The notes beneath the pieces are model-generated. The model was given only the letters and a program-made list of their open reading frames with translations, had not been told where the DNA came from and searched no databases. A stretch of DNA of 64,000 nt from an uncultured Methanosarcinaceae archaeon (GTDB taxonomy: Archaea; Halobacteriota; Methanosarcinia; Methanosarcinales; Methanosarcinaceae): contig CAWJYV010000007.1 in NCBI GenBank assembly GCA_963847185.1, positions 64,001 to 128,000 on the forward strand. The letters run 5' to 3'. The position numbers were made by a program, and so were the translations under genes. How positions within the stretch are numbered: position 1 is the first letter of the stretch; every line of letters begins with the position of its first letter. Of this stretch, positions 1 through 10,641 are shown one piece after another.

Positions 1-240
1 AAAGCTGGATTCATAATGGAAAAACGGACTAGAGCATTGAAACTTATGCTACGACCGCTTCGAGTGGGGAAGCGATGGGCGCAACAATAGTAAGCTCAAT
101 TGACATACCTACTTACAGCCACCCTATCAAAGTAAGTAAGCATGTAAAAAAGCCACATCATATCAAATGATTGAATCCGTATATAATGCGGAAACCACCA
201 GCCATTAACTGAAAACAAACCGCCTTACCAGGGTGATAAA

Positions 241-696
241 ATGGACCATGATACAACCCGGGATCAGAATATAGAGGAAAATGAAACTTTCGATGGAGAA
301 TGCCTCGGTCTTCCGGATATACCTCTTCCGGAAACAGATAACGTTTTATACTCAATTCTGAACTCTTTAAACCAGAACATCGCAGACTTTTATACGTTTG
401 TGAAATTCAACAGTTATCTATCTGAGGACCACCTGAATGTTGAACTCCTTAAGAGGAGTATGGGCATTCACAGGGACTTTACAGCTCTGTTCCTGCACAC
501 TAAAGAAGAACTGGTATTCACCTACCCCGAATTTATAGAGAAGACTGAAAAAGTATTGTTCAAAGGGGACGTTGGTACCAGCTGTATGAAATACACCCAC
601 AAACTGTGCAGAGTAATAAGTGACTACAAAATAGCCTTGCACAGAGAAGGGTATTTGCCAGACCTGAGGAGACAATTACCGCTGGTTGAAATGTAA
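241..696 (+). CDS. hypothetical protein (151 aa)
   Basis: ATG preceded by GGGTGA; acidic N-terminus, helical body; no recognisable family. Confidence 0.55.
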   Translation: MDHDTTRDQNIEENETFDGECLGLPDIPLPETDNVLYSILNSLNQNIADFYTFVKFNSYLSEDHLNVELLKRSMGIHRDFTALFLHTKEELVFTYPEFIEKTEKVLFKGDVGTSCMKYTHKLCRVISDYKIALHREGYLPDLRRQLPLVEM

Positions 697-928
697 TAAT
701 CTCAGGTAACTCATTTTTATAAAATTCTTTTTTAAACCAAAAGAGCAAATTTCAGCTCAGTTTCCATAAACATCAGGCTTTAAGTTTAACGAAAGAAAAT
801 TAGTTTCTCCTCTATTTTGAAGCCCACTCTTTTCATAATTTTCAGTACTTCTGGAATCATATATTTTATTTTCAGTACATCCGTAGTCTTATATTTATGA
901 AGAGTTATTTGGCATGCAAGGCATCTGT

Positions 929-1121
929 GAAAAAAACGGTGTCTCAAAAAACGGTAACTTGAAAAACGGTAACTTAAAAAACGGTTTCTTGAAAAACGGT
1001 AACTTAAAAAACGGTTTCTTGAAAAACGGTAACTTAAAAAAGTCGGTTTCTTGAAAAACGGTAACTTAAAAAACGGTTTCTTGAAAAACGGTAACTTAAA
1101 AAACGGTTTCTTGAAAAACGG
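929..1121. repeat. 15-bp tandem array (AAAAACGGTAACTTA / AAAAACGGTTTCTTG alternating, 30-bp higher-order period), about 13 units
   Basis: directly visible tandem copies; the 786..1124 ORF is largely a translation of this repeat. Confidence 0.95.
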
Positions 1122-1277
1122 CATTTACAAAAACAGATGCCTTCTCACTGATTTGCGAATTTTTTATGTTTAGTTAGGGTTTCAGGAGTTTATACTTTCT
1201 TGTTTTTCAGCGGTTTAATGCCCTCTAGCAAAATTTCATTTCAAAATAGTGCTTTTACTGGGATCTATACTAATTTT

Positions 1278-2017
1278 GGCATTGTTAACTAAATATAGTT
1301 AACTCATTATTTCTGTATTTCATTAAGAGAAGAACTGAGTACTTTAGCATTTCAAGACTCTTAGTATAACACTTTGTCTTTCTTCTCAATCTTGCCAGAA
1401 AGTGCCTAAGTATGCTGTTATATCCTTCAACAGTATACGTTTCTGCTTTGGATTGAGTATGAATTTTATCTGGAACGAACTCTGCATATGCCCTCCAGTG
1501 ATCAGTCATCACTTTTTCAATCTTTTTTTCCTTTAATTTTTCCCAGAGTTTTTGTCCAGTTTCTGTTCCTCTGCTGCCAAAAGAGCAGTTGATGAACTTT
1601 TTCCCAAATCTATCAACAGCAATCCAGATCCAGCAATATTTTTTTTGTTACCGATGTAAGTGTGCATCTCATCCATTTCAACAATAGATATCTCATTTTC
1701 GCTTTTTAGTTCCTCTAGCTCCTGACCAAATTTCTTTATCCATTTTTGGACGGAAACATGACTTACTCCCAAAAAACGCCCTATTGACCGAAATCCTAAT
1801 CCTTCAAGATAGAGTTGTAAAGCCTGTCTCTTAACAGATGCGGAACTAGCAGTTGATTTTAGCTCTACTGAATAATTATATCCACAATCAGAGCATTTGT
1901 AGCGTTGACGGCCATTAACTTTACCATTCTTATTATGATCGAGACTCTTACATCTTGGGCAGTTCATCAAGAGATATAAGTTCTCATAATATATATCAGT
2001 ATTTAGATACCAATGCC
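1278..2017 (-). mobile_element. IS1-family insertion sequence, 740 bp, apparently intact
   Basis: TIRs GGCATTGTTAACTAAATA (1278-1295) / GGCATTGGTATCTAAATA (rc of 2000-2017); TAATTTT duplicated on both flanks (1271-1277, 2018-2024); InsA/InsB-type ORFs inside. Confidence 0.93.
1285..1970 (-). CDS. IS1 transposase (InsA Zn-finger/HTH + InsB DDE) joined by a -1 frameshift
   Basis: CPRC..CSDC zinc finger, HTH, DEMHTYIG; A8 run at 1639-1646; the -1 frame reads KYCWIWIAVDR...VMTDHW...VEGYNSILRH and joins the 1285..1512 ORF. Confidence 0.9.
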
Positions 2018-2094
2018 TAATTTTTATGTTCCTTCTCTAAAGCCAGTTACGCTACATAAAAAATTGCTTTTAAAGATTACAATACAAGTCTTAT

Positions 2095-2293
2095 GACTCT
2101 GTCCCAAAATCTAGCGATGAACGTAAAATTGAAAATCACTAGATTTTGTAAATGGCTATAATCCTTTGAACGTAACCTATTGATTGATGCTGGAAGGTCT
2201 TGAATATTGAGTTTGATTGAAGCCTGAATTCTTCTTCGAAACTCGATATTTCAATCAAAAAATGCAAAAATCACTAGATTTTGGAACTGAGTC
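2095..2293. mobile_element. non-autonomous MITE, 199 bp
   Basis: 24-bp TIRs GACTCTGTCCCAAAATCTAGCGAT / GACTCAGTTCCAAAATCTAGTGAT (21/24); perfect 8-bp TSD AGTCTTAT at 2087-2094 and 2294-2301; no transposase. Confidence 0.88.
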
Positions 2294-2577
2294 AGTCTTA
2301 TTCCATTTGGATTCTATTAAGGAACAAAACATCAAAAATACTATTTTTATGCACATCTAAGAGAATTCTTTTGGAAGAGCATTATATGTGGCATTCAAAG
2401 TTGTGCATAAATTAGTTAATTGAATTCAACTAAGTCTCTTCTTCTTTTAAACCATTTATCAAAATTTGAGTTTCTTTCAGAATTCTCTGGGGTGAAAAAA
2501 ATATGGTCTATAGGGTTGCAACTAAAGAACTCAGAATATAAAAATAAAAATAGAAGAAAAAAGTTGAACTTCAGTTT

Positions 2578-3468
2578 TTACTGAAGCCCATAGTGCTTTA
2601 TATTCCAGTCCGCCATGGCCTGGATCTTCTTGATTTCTTCGTCTCCACCTTCCATGGTGAAGAGGTGTTTGAAGCGTTTTTGAGCTTTGAGGTATTCCTC
2701 GACCGGTCTTGGATCCTTCACCTTTCTGACCTGGGTGATCTCTCCGTTTTCCATCTCATACATTGGCCAGAGACAGGTTTCAACTGCCAGTTTGGCAATC
2801 TCCAGAGTCTTTGAGGTGTCAAAGCCCCAGCCTGTAGTACAGGGGGCGTGTGCATGGATGTATGTCGGACCCACAACATCAGCGGCTTTCTTGACTTTGC
2901 GCATCATGTCCCTTGGGTAACCTATTGAGGTTGTAGCCACGTAGGGAGAACCATGGGCTGCCATAATTGCAGGCATGTCCTTTTTAGGGCGCGGGTTTCC
3001 AAAGGAGACTTTTCCGGCTGGACTTGTTGTGGTACTGGCATCGAAAGGAGTTCCACTGCTGCGCTGAATTCCTGTGTTCATGTAGGCTTCGTTGTCCATA
3101 CAGATATAGGTAAAGTCGTGGCCACGCTCAAAAGCACCTGAGAGGGCACCGATTCCTATATCCATTGTAGAGCCGTCGCCTCCAATTGATATGACTTTTG
3201 TGTCATTCTTTTTCCCTAGAGCTTTTAAAGCAGCTTCCACACCTGAAGCCACTGCGCCTGCGTTTTCAAAAAGGGAGTGGATCCATGGAACCTGCCAGGA
3301 GGAATTCGGGAAAGGAGTGGTCATTACTTCAAGGCAGCCTGTAGGATTAACTACGATACAGTTGGGGCCTACGCCCATAAGTGTGAATTTTGCGGCAAAG
3401 GCATCACAGCAGCCTGCACAGCCGCTGTGTCCAGAGGCAAGGTATGTTTTAGGTGCAGTTTTGCTCAT
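2578..3468 (-). CDS. porB: pyruvate:ferredoxin oxidoreductase beta subunit
   Basis: [11 protein letters not shown]-binding GGDG...[10 protein letters not shown] motif; operon position. Confidence 0.96.
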   Translation of the reverse strand: MSKTAPKTYLASGHSGCAGCCDAFAAKFTLMGVGPNCIVVNPTGCLEVMTTPFPNSSWQVPWIHSLFENAGAVASGVEAALKALGKKNDTKVISIGGDGSTMDIGIGALSGAFERGHDFTYICMDNEAYMNTGIQRSSGTPFDASTTTSPAGKVSFGNPRPKKDMPAIMAAHGSPYVATTSIGYPRDMMRKVKKAADVVGPTYIHAHAPCTTGWGFDTSKTLEIAKLAVETCLWPMYEMENGEITQVRKVKDPRPVEEYLKAQKRFKHLFTMEGGDEEIKKIQAMADWNIKHYGLQ

Positions 3469-4673
3469 AGCAAATCCTCCTTGAGGTCCAGGAACTGACT
3501 TTCAACGGCAATTCCGGACTTTGCAGCTTTTTTGGTTTCTTCAATAACCTTTACAATGTTTTCTGCGCGAATGTCACGACCTCCGTGACCCACGGTGTAA
3601 CCCATCAAAGGCACGCGGATTTTACTGTTATAGAGACAGGCCTTGGTTTCGGTGAAGAGAGCCCCTTCATTTGTGCCTATGGAGATGTTTTTGTCAAGTA
3701 CGACAACAGCGTGTGCGTTCTTAACGGCCTCTTTAACCTGCTCCTTTGGGAAAGGTCTGAAGGATCTAACCTTTAAGACGCCGATCTTTTCTCCTTTTGC
3801 TCTGTACTCATCCACAACATCTTTAACAGTTCCGAGAATAGAGCCCATAGACATGACAATGATTTCAGCATCATCAAGCATGTATCCGTCAATAAGTCCT
3901 CCATGGAACCTGCCAAAGACTTCCTCGAACTCTTTTGCGACAGCTTCGATCTTCGGAAGAGCTTTCTGCATTGCCTGTTCCTGGAGATACCTGAACTCTT
4001 CGTAAGTGTCAGGGGTTGCAAATGCTCCAAAAGTCTTTGGATTTTCAGGGTCAAGTATATTCTCGGGCTGGAAGGCTGGAAGGAAATCATCGGTCAGTTC
4101 CTGTTCAAGCAGAACAACAGGCTCGTAAACGTGAGACAGGATGAAACCGTCCATGCAGACCATACCTGGTAGCATGATTTCATGGTCTTCAGCAATCTTG
4201 TAGAGCTGGGGCAGGGTATCAGATGCTTCCTGAACATCTTCCACATAGAGCTGAATCCAGCCTGTGTCTCTCTGGGCAATTGAGTCCTGATGGTCGTTCC
4301 ATATATTGATTGGAGCGCCGACTGCCCTATTTGCTACTGTCATTATAATCGGAAGCCTCATGCCTGAAGTGTTAAAAAGAGCCTCATGCATAAGCAGAAG
4401 TCCCTGTGAAGTAGTGGCTGAATAAGTTCTTGCGCCTACTGCAGATGCTCCTATTAGAGCAGAGATTGCCGAGAACTCTGATTCCACATTGATGTACTCA
4501 CAGTTGGGGATTTCCCCGTCTGCCATGAACTGAGAAAGGTCTTCAACGATATGGGTCTGGGGGGTAATAGGATAGGCTGAGATTACGTTTGGACGGCAGA
4601 TTTTTGCGGAATGAGCTACAGCATAGGAACCTTCCACTACCACCATTTTTCTCTTATATGCCGGATCAATCAT
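3465..4673 (-). CDS. porA: pyruvate:ferredoxin oxidoreductase alpha subunit
   Basis: [23 protein letters not shown] motifs. Confidence 0.96.
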   Translation of the reverse strand: MIDPAYKRKMVVVEGSYAVAHSAKICRPNVISAYPITPQTHIVEDLSQFMADGEIPNCEYINVESEFSAISALIGASAVGARTYSATTSQGLLLMHEALFNTSGMRLPIIMTVANRAVGAPINIWNDHQDSIAQRDTGWIQLYVEDVQEASDTLPQLYKIAEDHEIMLPGMVCMDGFILSHVYEPVVLLEQELTDDFLPAFQPENILDPENPKTFGAFATPDTYEEFRYLQEQAMQKALPKIEAVAKEFEEVFGRFHGGLIDGYMLDDAEIIVMSMGSILGTVKDVVDEYRAKGEKIGVLKVRSFRPFPKEQVKEAVKNAHAVVVLDKNISIGTNEGALFTETKACLYNSKIRVPLMGYTVGHGGRDIRAENIVKVIEETKKAAKSGIAVESQFLDLKEDLL

Positions 4674-4939
4674 TATTTCTCCTCCAGAATCATTTCAATT
4701 GCATCCGCAGGACATTCATTTGCACAGATGCCGCAACCTTTGCAGTAATCATAATCATATTCAAAAAAGCCGTCTTCCCTTGGTTTGACAGACATGTCAG
4801 GGCATACAATCTCGCAGATTCCACACTTGGTACATTTTTCATAAATATAAACAGGGCGGAAGTTTCTCCAGCCTCCGGTTTTGTTTTTAAGGGTTGAACC
4901 AGGCTTACAGGTTCTGCAATGTGTGATGTCCAAACTCAT
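4673..4939 (-). CDS. porD: pyruvate:ferredoxin oxidoreductase delta subunit (2x4Fe-4S)
   Basis: KTGGWR, two CxxCxxCxxxCP motifs. Confidence 0.95.
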   Translation of the reverse strand: MSLDITHCRTCKPGSTLKNKTGGWRNFRPVYIYEKCTKCGICEIVCPDMSVKPREDGFFEYDYDYCKGCGICANECPADAIEMILEEK

Positions 4940-5484
4940 GCTCCTTCCCCCCTTATAAGCTCATAGGCTTTCTGAATCGCTTTTGCGTTCTTTTCTCCAA
5001 CCTTTCCTGGAAAACGAGCTTTTATAGCATTCTGGATGGATTCCACATTTATTTCTCCGGTTGCACCTGCAAAAGCTCCAAGGAGGACAGTGTTTACAAT
5101 GGGGAGACCAATGATATCCATTGCCACTTTTGTAGCATCCACGGTCATAACCTTAGCTTTTGTGTCAAGCTTCAGGCTTTCCGGGGCTTCTGTTGTGTTG
5201 ACAATAATTATTCCGTCATCCTTTATCCCGCTTGCAACGTTGACAGTTTCAAGAAGGGTTGCGTCCTGGACAATAACATAATCAGGGGTATAGATCTGGC
5301 TTCTAAGCCTGATTGGACTGTTACTTATCCTTGTAAATGCCTGCACAGGGGCACCTCTACGCTCTACCCCAAAAGCGGGGAAGGCCTGGCTGAATTTTCC
5401 GTCTTCAAAAGCTGCAACGGAAAGCATTTCAGCCGCGGTAACAGAACCCTGGCCTCCTCGACCGTGTATTCTGATTTCCTTCAT
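4936..5484 (-). CDS. porC: pyruvate:ferredoxin oxidoreductase gamma subunit
   Basis: [21 protein letters not shown]; GGAG SD upstream. Confidence 0.96.
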   Translation of the reverse strand: MKEIRIHGRGGQGSVTAAEMLSVAAFEDGKFSQAFPAFGVERRGAPVQAFTRISNSPIRLRSQIYTPDYVIVQDATLLETVNVASGIKDDGIIIVNTTEAPESLKLDTKAKVMTVDATKVAMDIIGLPIVNTVLLGAFAGATGEINVESIQNAIKARFPGKVGEKNAKAIQKAYELIRGEGA

Positions 5485-5914
5485 CTGGATTCTCCTTTTT
5501 TAATGCGGTTTTATATTACTGTTTTCTGGTTTCTCGGTAATCTGTAAGATAATTATTGACTAGTTATCTGGCACACTGCTATAATCGAATTAACCTGAGA
5601 TCTGGATGGTTATTGTTAACCCGATATATTACATCTGCTGAGTATAACTAATATATTGAATGTAATTTATAAAACCCAAACAGATATTTTTTAATTATAT
5701 ATTCACACTGTTTGGTGCCTGATATTTCATGGATAATAGTGTAGATTATTATTAGTTTTTCGGTGAAAGTCGAGAAATTGCTTATATATATTTCTAATTC
5801 TAAATTATTTTTTAGACGTCTTATAATTATTAATTTCAGGTTTACATGTCTATAACTATCATTTTTTCTCATTTTATACGTAAACAAATCTCACTTCCAA
5901 AAATACAAAATATT

Positions 5915-6886
5915 TTAATATTTATCCGTACAGAAGCTCCTTATCAGGTCAATCATGGCCTTTCCATCTTTTAGACTATTAATCTTTTCCCTGATTTGCC
6001 GCGAGCCATGCAGTCCTTTTGTAAACCAGTGGGCATGCGTATGCAGGTTCATGGATGAAAAAAGATTATGCTTTTCAAGCAGGAAGATGTAGGTTTCAAA
6101 GTCTTCTAGCTGCTGGGTTCTACCGTCCACTTTCAATTTTTCCCCGGTTTCCAGATAATGTTTTATCTTTCTAAAGATGAAAGGATTTCCCATTGCTGCA
6201 CGCCCTATCATGAGCCCATCACAGCCTGTAAAGTCAAGGGCATTTTCGGCAGATTCTTCGTCCCTTATATCTCCGTTTGCAATCACTGGAATAGAAAGTT
6301 CACGTTTAACCTCTCTTATTACCTTAAGGTCCGAACTTCCTGAGTACATTTGCTCAGGTTTCCTTCCATGCACGGTCAGGGCAGATGCTCCTGCCTCTTC
6401 TATCAGGTGTGCAATTTCAAGAGTTTTTTCCTCACTTTCCAGAATGCGGATCTTTGCTGTTACAGGGGTTTTCAGGGACTCTGTCAGCTCAGAGATAATT
6501 CTGTACACAAGTGTATGGGAATTGAGAAGGGCTGAACCACATCCTGCTCCTATAATGCGTTTTGCAGGGCAGCCCATATTCACGTCTATAAGTTCGGGCC
6601 TGTACTCATTTTCAACAAAGAGAGCAGCTTCCCGCAGCTTCTCAGGGGAACTTCCTACAAGTTGAACCCCGAAAGGCCGATCTTCGGGGGAGCTCATCCC
6701 CTTAAGAAGAGATTTCCTGTTTTCCCTGACCAGGGCATCTGCACTTATCATTTCTGTATATGTAATATCAGCCCCGTGCTGTCTGCAGAGCAGCCTGAAA
6801 GCTAAGTTTGTTACATCTGCCATAGGCGCAAGAAAAAGGTTTCCAGGAGTTTCGGTCTTGCCAATTTTTAATTTATTGAGCTTCAT
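5915..6886 (-). CDS. dus: tRNA-dihydrouridine synthase (Dus family)
   Basis: LAPMA, NMGCP, TVHGR, IANGDI, GLMIGR motifs. Confidence 0.93.
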   Translation of the reverse strand: MKLNKLKIGKTETPGNLFLAPMADVTNLAFRLLCRQHGADITYTEMISADALVRENRKSLLKGMSSPEDRPFGVQLVGSSPEKLREAALFVENEYRPELIDVNMGCPAKRIIGAGCGSALLNSHTLVYRIISELTESLKTPVTAKIRILESEEKTLEIAHLIEEAGASALTVHGRKPEQMYSGSSDLKVIREVKRELSIPVIANGDIRDEESAENALDFTGCDGLMIGRAAMGNPFIFRKIKHYLETGEKLKVDGRTQQLEDFETYIFLLEKHNLFSSMNLHTHAHWFTKGLHGSRQIREKINSLKDGKAMIDLIRSFCTDKY

Positions 6887-7198
6887 TTTTCCGATCGTTT
6901 TTTATTGTTTTTTACTGTTTTTCTAGTAGTTCTTCTGGTTTTCCTCATTCGTTTCCTTTATTTATCTGTTTTGGAATTGTCCTTTTTTTTCTTCAAATTT
7001 TCAAGTTCACATTTTTGGCTTCACTATTTTTGGTTTAACGTGAACCATTGAAACTCAAAAAACCTATATGTGAGTTATTGAAATTCTGGAGAAGCTAAGA
7101 ATTACAAAAAGAAGAATAAGATTCTTGAATCAATGAGTCAAGGGAACTGATTCAAGATTTTAGAATGTAAGTTAAGTAGTCATACACTGTTGCTTAAC

Positions 7199-7756
7199 TC
7201 ACGAAAAGAAAAGTCTGATATATCCCAGGTAAGGAATTCTGTACTGTGCGACTCCTATAATCCATTCATCTTTTACAGGCGTAAGGTAGCTTATCTGTCC
7301 TTCCTGATCAAAGTGCTGATTGGTTACAACGTTGTCTCCTTTAGTAATGTAGCCTGAGTAAGGAGCTGGGGGGCCGCCTTCCCACATTTGTTCTCCGGCT
7401 TCGACTCTATACATGGCCCTATGAATTATCGGGGTTACACCTTCCTCTCCATAAGGCCGATAAAGAATTACGTTTCCGTAATTTTCAAAGGATTTATAAC
7501 TTAAATTTTTTCCTTCTTCATAAGTGATAATATTTACTCGATCAGCATTTTTTATGAAAATAATATCTCCTATCTGCATATGCGGTTCCATACTTCCTGA
7601 CTCTACCGCAACCATAGGAGTCCAGAGCCCGAATACCAGCTTGGAAAGAACCATAAAAGTGATCAGGACAGCTGCAACAGACAGTAAGTCCTTCCCAAGG
7701 GAAACCCAGAAGCTTTCATTCTCCTGGTCATTGCTTTCCTTATTATCTTTACTCAT
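7199..7756 (-). CDS. signal peptidase I, S26/Sec11 type
   Basis: N-terminal TM, SGSMEP, IIHR, TKGDN. Confidence 0.93.
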   Translation of the reverse strand: MSKDNKESNDQENESFWVSLGKDLLSVAAVLITFMVLSKLVFGLWTPMVAVESGSMEPHMQIGDIIFIKNADRVNIITYEEGKNLSYKSFENYGNVILYRPYGEEGVTPIIHRAMYRVEAGEQMWEGGPPAPYSGYITKGDNVVTNQHFDQEGQISYLTPVKDEWIIGVAQYRIPYLGYIRLFFS

Positions 7757-8225
7757 AATAAGCCTTTATTTTTTGATATTTATTCTTTTGATTTATTTTT
7801 TTTACTGTGTTAAATTAGTTTTTTTCAGGCTTAATAAAAACCTTCTGAAATATGTAAAGCTTTTCCTACTGTTCTATATTATATAAAACTAGTTCAGGAT
7901 GTCTTTTAAGCATATTTATATGAAGATTCGTTTTTATCCTATATTAATTTTCAATTTATTCAACTAATTATGATATTTTTCCAGTGATTTGCTCAAAAAG
8001 TAAACAGATTATTTTATTGTAGACAGGTGTAAATAAGTATAAACCTGTATCGGAACATATAAAATTTCATAAAATTCTTCTGTTTAATAACGAATTACTT
8101 TAACGAATTAATTTGTATCTGATTAATTTTTATATTTTAAACAGGTCTTTGGCTTGAGCCTCTTTGAGTCCCAGGTTAATCGAAGGGTCCAATGACTTCT
8201 TGTGATATATCATTTAAGAATTCTA

Positions 8226-8345
8226 TGAGAAGACTTCGATCAAAAATTTGTATTGAAAAACTTCAGATCCAAAAACCTTTGTATTGAGAAAAACTTCAGA
8301 TCCAAAAACCTTTGTATTGAGAAAACTTTAGATTCAAAAGCTTTC
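8226..8345. repeat. ~33-bp tandem repeat (AAAAACTTCAGATCCAAAAACCTTTGTATTGAG) upstream of PolD DP1
   Basis: two near-perfect and two degenerate copies. Confidence 0.85.
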
Positions 8346-8414
8346 AGCTTCAGGATATTTCAGACTCTGATAACTCTAAGATTCATGTCAGTTCAGAAAG
8401 GTCAGGTAGGAATT

Positions 8415-10430
8415 ATGGACAAAAGTGATATAATAAGGACGGTTATGGAAAAAGAGTACCAGATAAGCCCTGAAGCTGTGGAACTCATCAGATCCAGTAA
8501 CACTCCCGACAGTCTTCTCGATTATGTCCTTTCAACTGTCAACGATTCTGTTATTGTCATAGATGCTGAACATATAGACCTTGAGGGTTTTGCTGCATTC
8601 GGAAAGACTCAACATCCAATTCTTATCGAAAATGGAGAAAACCCTGAACTCAAAACTTCAATAGAAAATCTGTCTAATGATGTGCCTATAATACAGCCCT
8701 CGTCTAGAAAAGCCAGAGAATTTCTTTCCGGGACTGATACGCTTTCTTCCAGATCGGATAAACTTTCCACTGAATCCGATATTCCTGTTTCATTTCTTTC
8801 CACCCCGGTTTCTGGCCTTATCCCTGACCAGGTTCCTGAACAGATAAAATCTGATCAAAATTCAGTTCAAGATTCTTTTTCAGTCCCTGATGCTGTTTAT
8901 AAACAAGTTCCAGATACTCAAACAGATACTGTTTTATCTGAGGAAATTTCGGCTCCTTCTCAGGTAGCAGGCTCCCTGCCTTCACTGAAGGACGTTCCTG
9001 AAAAGATTTTTTCCCAGCAATCCTCACAATCCTCACAAACTGTAAACAGATCAGCTTCTTCTTTTTTCGGGCACGGAAATTCTTTTCCCTCTTCAGATCG
9101 AATTTCAAGGGCAGATCCGTTTTTTTCTACTTCTCGGAAGGGTTTATCTGCGGGTTTCAGGGATGAAGAATACAGACATTTCCCAGGCAGGAACCCTGTG
9201 ACAGTAATTTCCGATATAACAGGGCATTCAACCTGCATTGGGGAATATATGCAGTTTGTACAGTATTTCAGGGATAGGTACAGCAGGATTTCTGAGATTA
9301 TCAGGAGCAGAATCAATGCGCGCCCCATAGAAAGTTTAAAAAAGAGAAGCTTTCGCCGTGGAGGAGATGGAGGTTCTGAAGAAATTTCTATTATCGGAAT
9401 GGTTTCTGATGTTAGCAGCACAAACAATGGCCATAAAATTCTTTCTCTTGAGGATCCTACAGGTTCTTTGTCAGTTCTCATTCGAAATACAGATAAAGAA
9501 CTCTTCGAAGTAGCCTCAAGAATCCTTCTGGATGAGGTCGTTGGAGTAACAGGATCGATGACTAATGATGGAAACCTGATGCTTGCTACAAAGCTTATCC
9601 AGCCCGATGTCCCTAATAGTATTCAACGCAGAACCGGAAGTCACGGGAAAGCTGTACTGATTTCTGATGTACATGTGGGCAGCTCCCAGTTTCTGGAAGA
9701 TTCCTGGCTGAATTTTCTGGATTTTTTGAAAGGGGAATCTGACTCGGAAGCCATGCGGGAACTTGCGACTGGTATTCGTTATCTTGTAGTTGCAGGAGAC
9801 CTTGTTGATGGAATAGGAATCTATCCTGACCAGGAAATGGAACTGGATATTCTGGACGTATATGAGCAGTATAGGAAAGCTGCCGAATACTTCAGGGAAA
9901 TTCCTGAGCATATCCGTGTAATTATAAGTCCGGGAAACCATGATGCCGTCCGCCAGGCAGAACCTCAGCCTGCGTTGCCGGAATGGATCCAAGCCGATTT
10001 TCCTGAAAATGTCATTTTCGTTGGTAATCCTGCTCTTGTGGATCTTGACGGCGTTAGCATTCTTATTTATCACGGCAGGTCTATTGATGACCTTGTAGCA
10101 AGCATTCCTGGAGTTTCTTATCAGGAACCTGCCGGGGCCGTCCTTGAGATGGTAAAGCGCAGGCATCTTGCCCCAACCTACGGAAGCAGGGTTTCCATAT
10201 CCCCTGAGAAAAAGGATTATTTTATAATTGACCCCGTGCCGGATATTATCCATACAGGTCATGTCCACACCCTGGGAGTCCAGCGTTACAAAAATGTTCT
10301 TCTTGTCAATTCCGGGACCTGGCAGGACCAGACAGAGTTTCAGAAACGTGTAAATCTTATGCCTGTCCCTGCCAGAGTCCCTCTTGTGGACCTCGCGGAT
10401 TTTGATGTGAAAATTCTCGGGTTTGATTGA
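8415..10430 (+). CDS. polB: DNA polymerase D small (exonuclease) subunit DP1
   Basis: OB fold then Mre11-like ISDVHVGS, AGDLVDG, PGNHD, YHG, GHVH motifs; start set at ATG 8415 after AGGTAGG (the upstream in-frame extension is repeat-derived). Confidence 0.95.
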   Translation: MDKSDIIRTVMEKEYQISPEAVELIRSSNTPDSLLDYVLSTVNDSVIVIDAEHIDLEGFAAFGKTQHPILIENGENPELKTSIENLSNDVPIIQPSSRKAREFLSGTDTLSSRSDKLSTESDIPVSFLSTPVSGLIPDQVPEQIKSDQNSVQDSFSVPDAVYKQVPDTQTDTVLSEEISAPSQVAGSLPSLKDVPEKIFSQQSSQSSQTVNRSASSFFGHGNSFPSSDRISRADPFFSTSRKGLSAGFRDEEYRHFPGRNPVTVISDITGHSTCIGEYMQFVQYFRDRYSRISEIIRSRINARPIESLKKRSFRRGGDGGSEEISIIGMVSDVSSTNNGHKILSLEDPTGSLSVLIRNTDKELFEVASRILLDEVVGVTGSMTNDGNLMLATKLIQPDVPNSIQRRTGSHGKAVLISDVHVGSSQFLEDSWLNFLDFLKGESDSEAMRELATGIRYLVVAGDLVDGIGIYPDQEMELDILDVYEQYRKAAEYFREIPEHIRVIISPGNHDAVRQAEPQPALPEWIQADFPENVIFVGNPALVDLDGVSILIYHGRSIDDLVASIPGVSYQEPAGAVLEMVKRRHLAPTYGSRVSISPEKKDYFIIDPVPDIIHTGHVHTLGVQRYKNVLLVNSGTWQDQTEFQKRVNLMPVPARVPLVDLADFDVKILGFD

Positions 10431-10493
10431 GTGACTGAGTTTTGACTGAACTTTTACAGCTTTGATTGAAAATCGGTTTTCTGAGATGCTATC

Positions 10494-10565
10494 CAGGCAG
10501 TTTAGTCTAATACTTTTTATTCAGGCGGTTTAGTCTAACACTTTTAATTATTGGTCTAATATTTT
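10494..10565. repeat. ~28-bp degenerate direct repeat (CAGGCRGTTTAGTCTAAYACTTTT) with T-tracts, likely terminator region of DP1
   Basis: two clear copies plus a partial third. Confidence 0.65.
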
Positions 10566-10641
10566 TTTTCATTGGTTTCTCAAAATTCTCAAAATTATTT
10601 TCCGATCCTTATATATACCACAAGGGTTTAATATCGGAAAA

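Noticed and set aside
1-90. possible 3' end of an upstream gene
   Set aside because: only ~29 open codons with no recognisable motif
929-1121. possible CRISPR array
   Set aside because: units are contiguous 15-mers with no unique spacers, and there are no cas genes
786-1124. 112-aa ORF as a gene
   Set aside because: most of it is the tandem repeat read in frame; only the last ~35 codons might be a gene remnant
8620-9180. intein in PolD DP1 (or in the Hef linker)
   Set aside because: no Cys/Ser...His-Asn splice junctions or LAGLIDADG motifs; looks like a disordered linker
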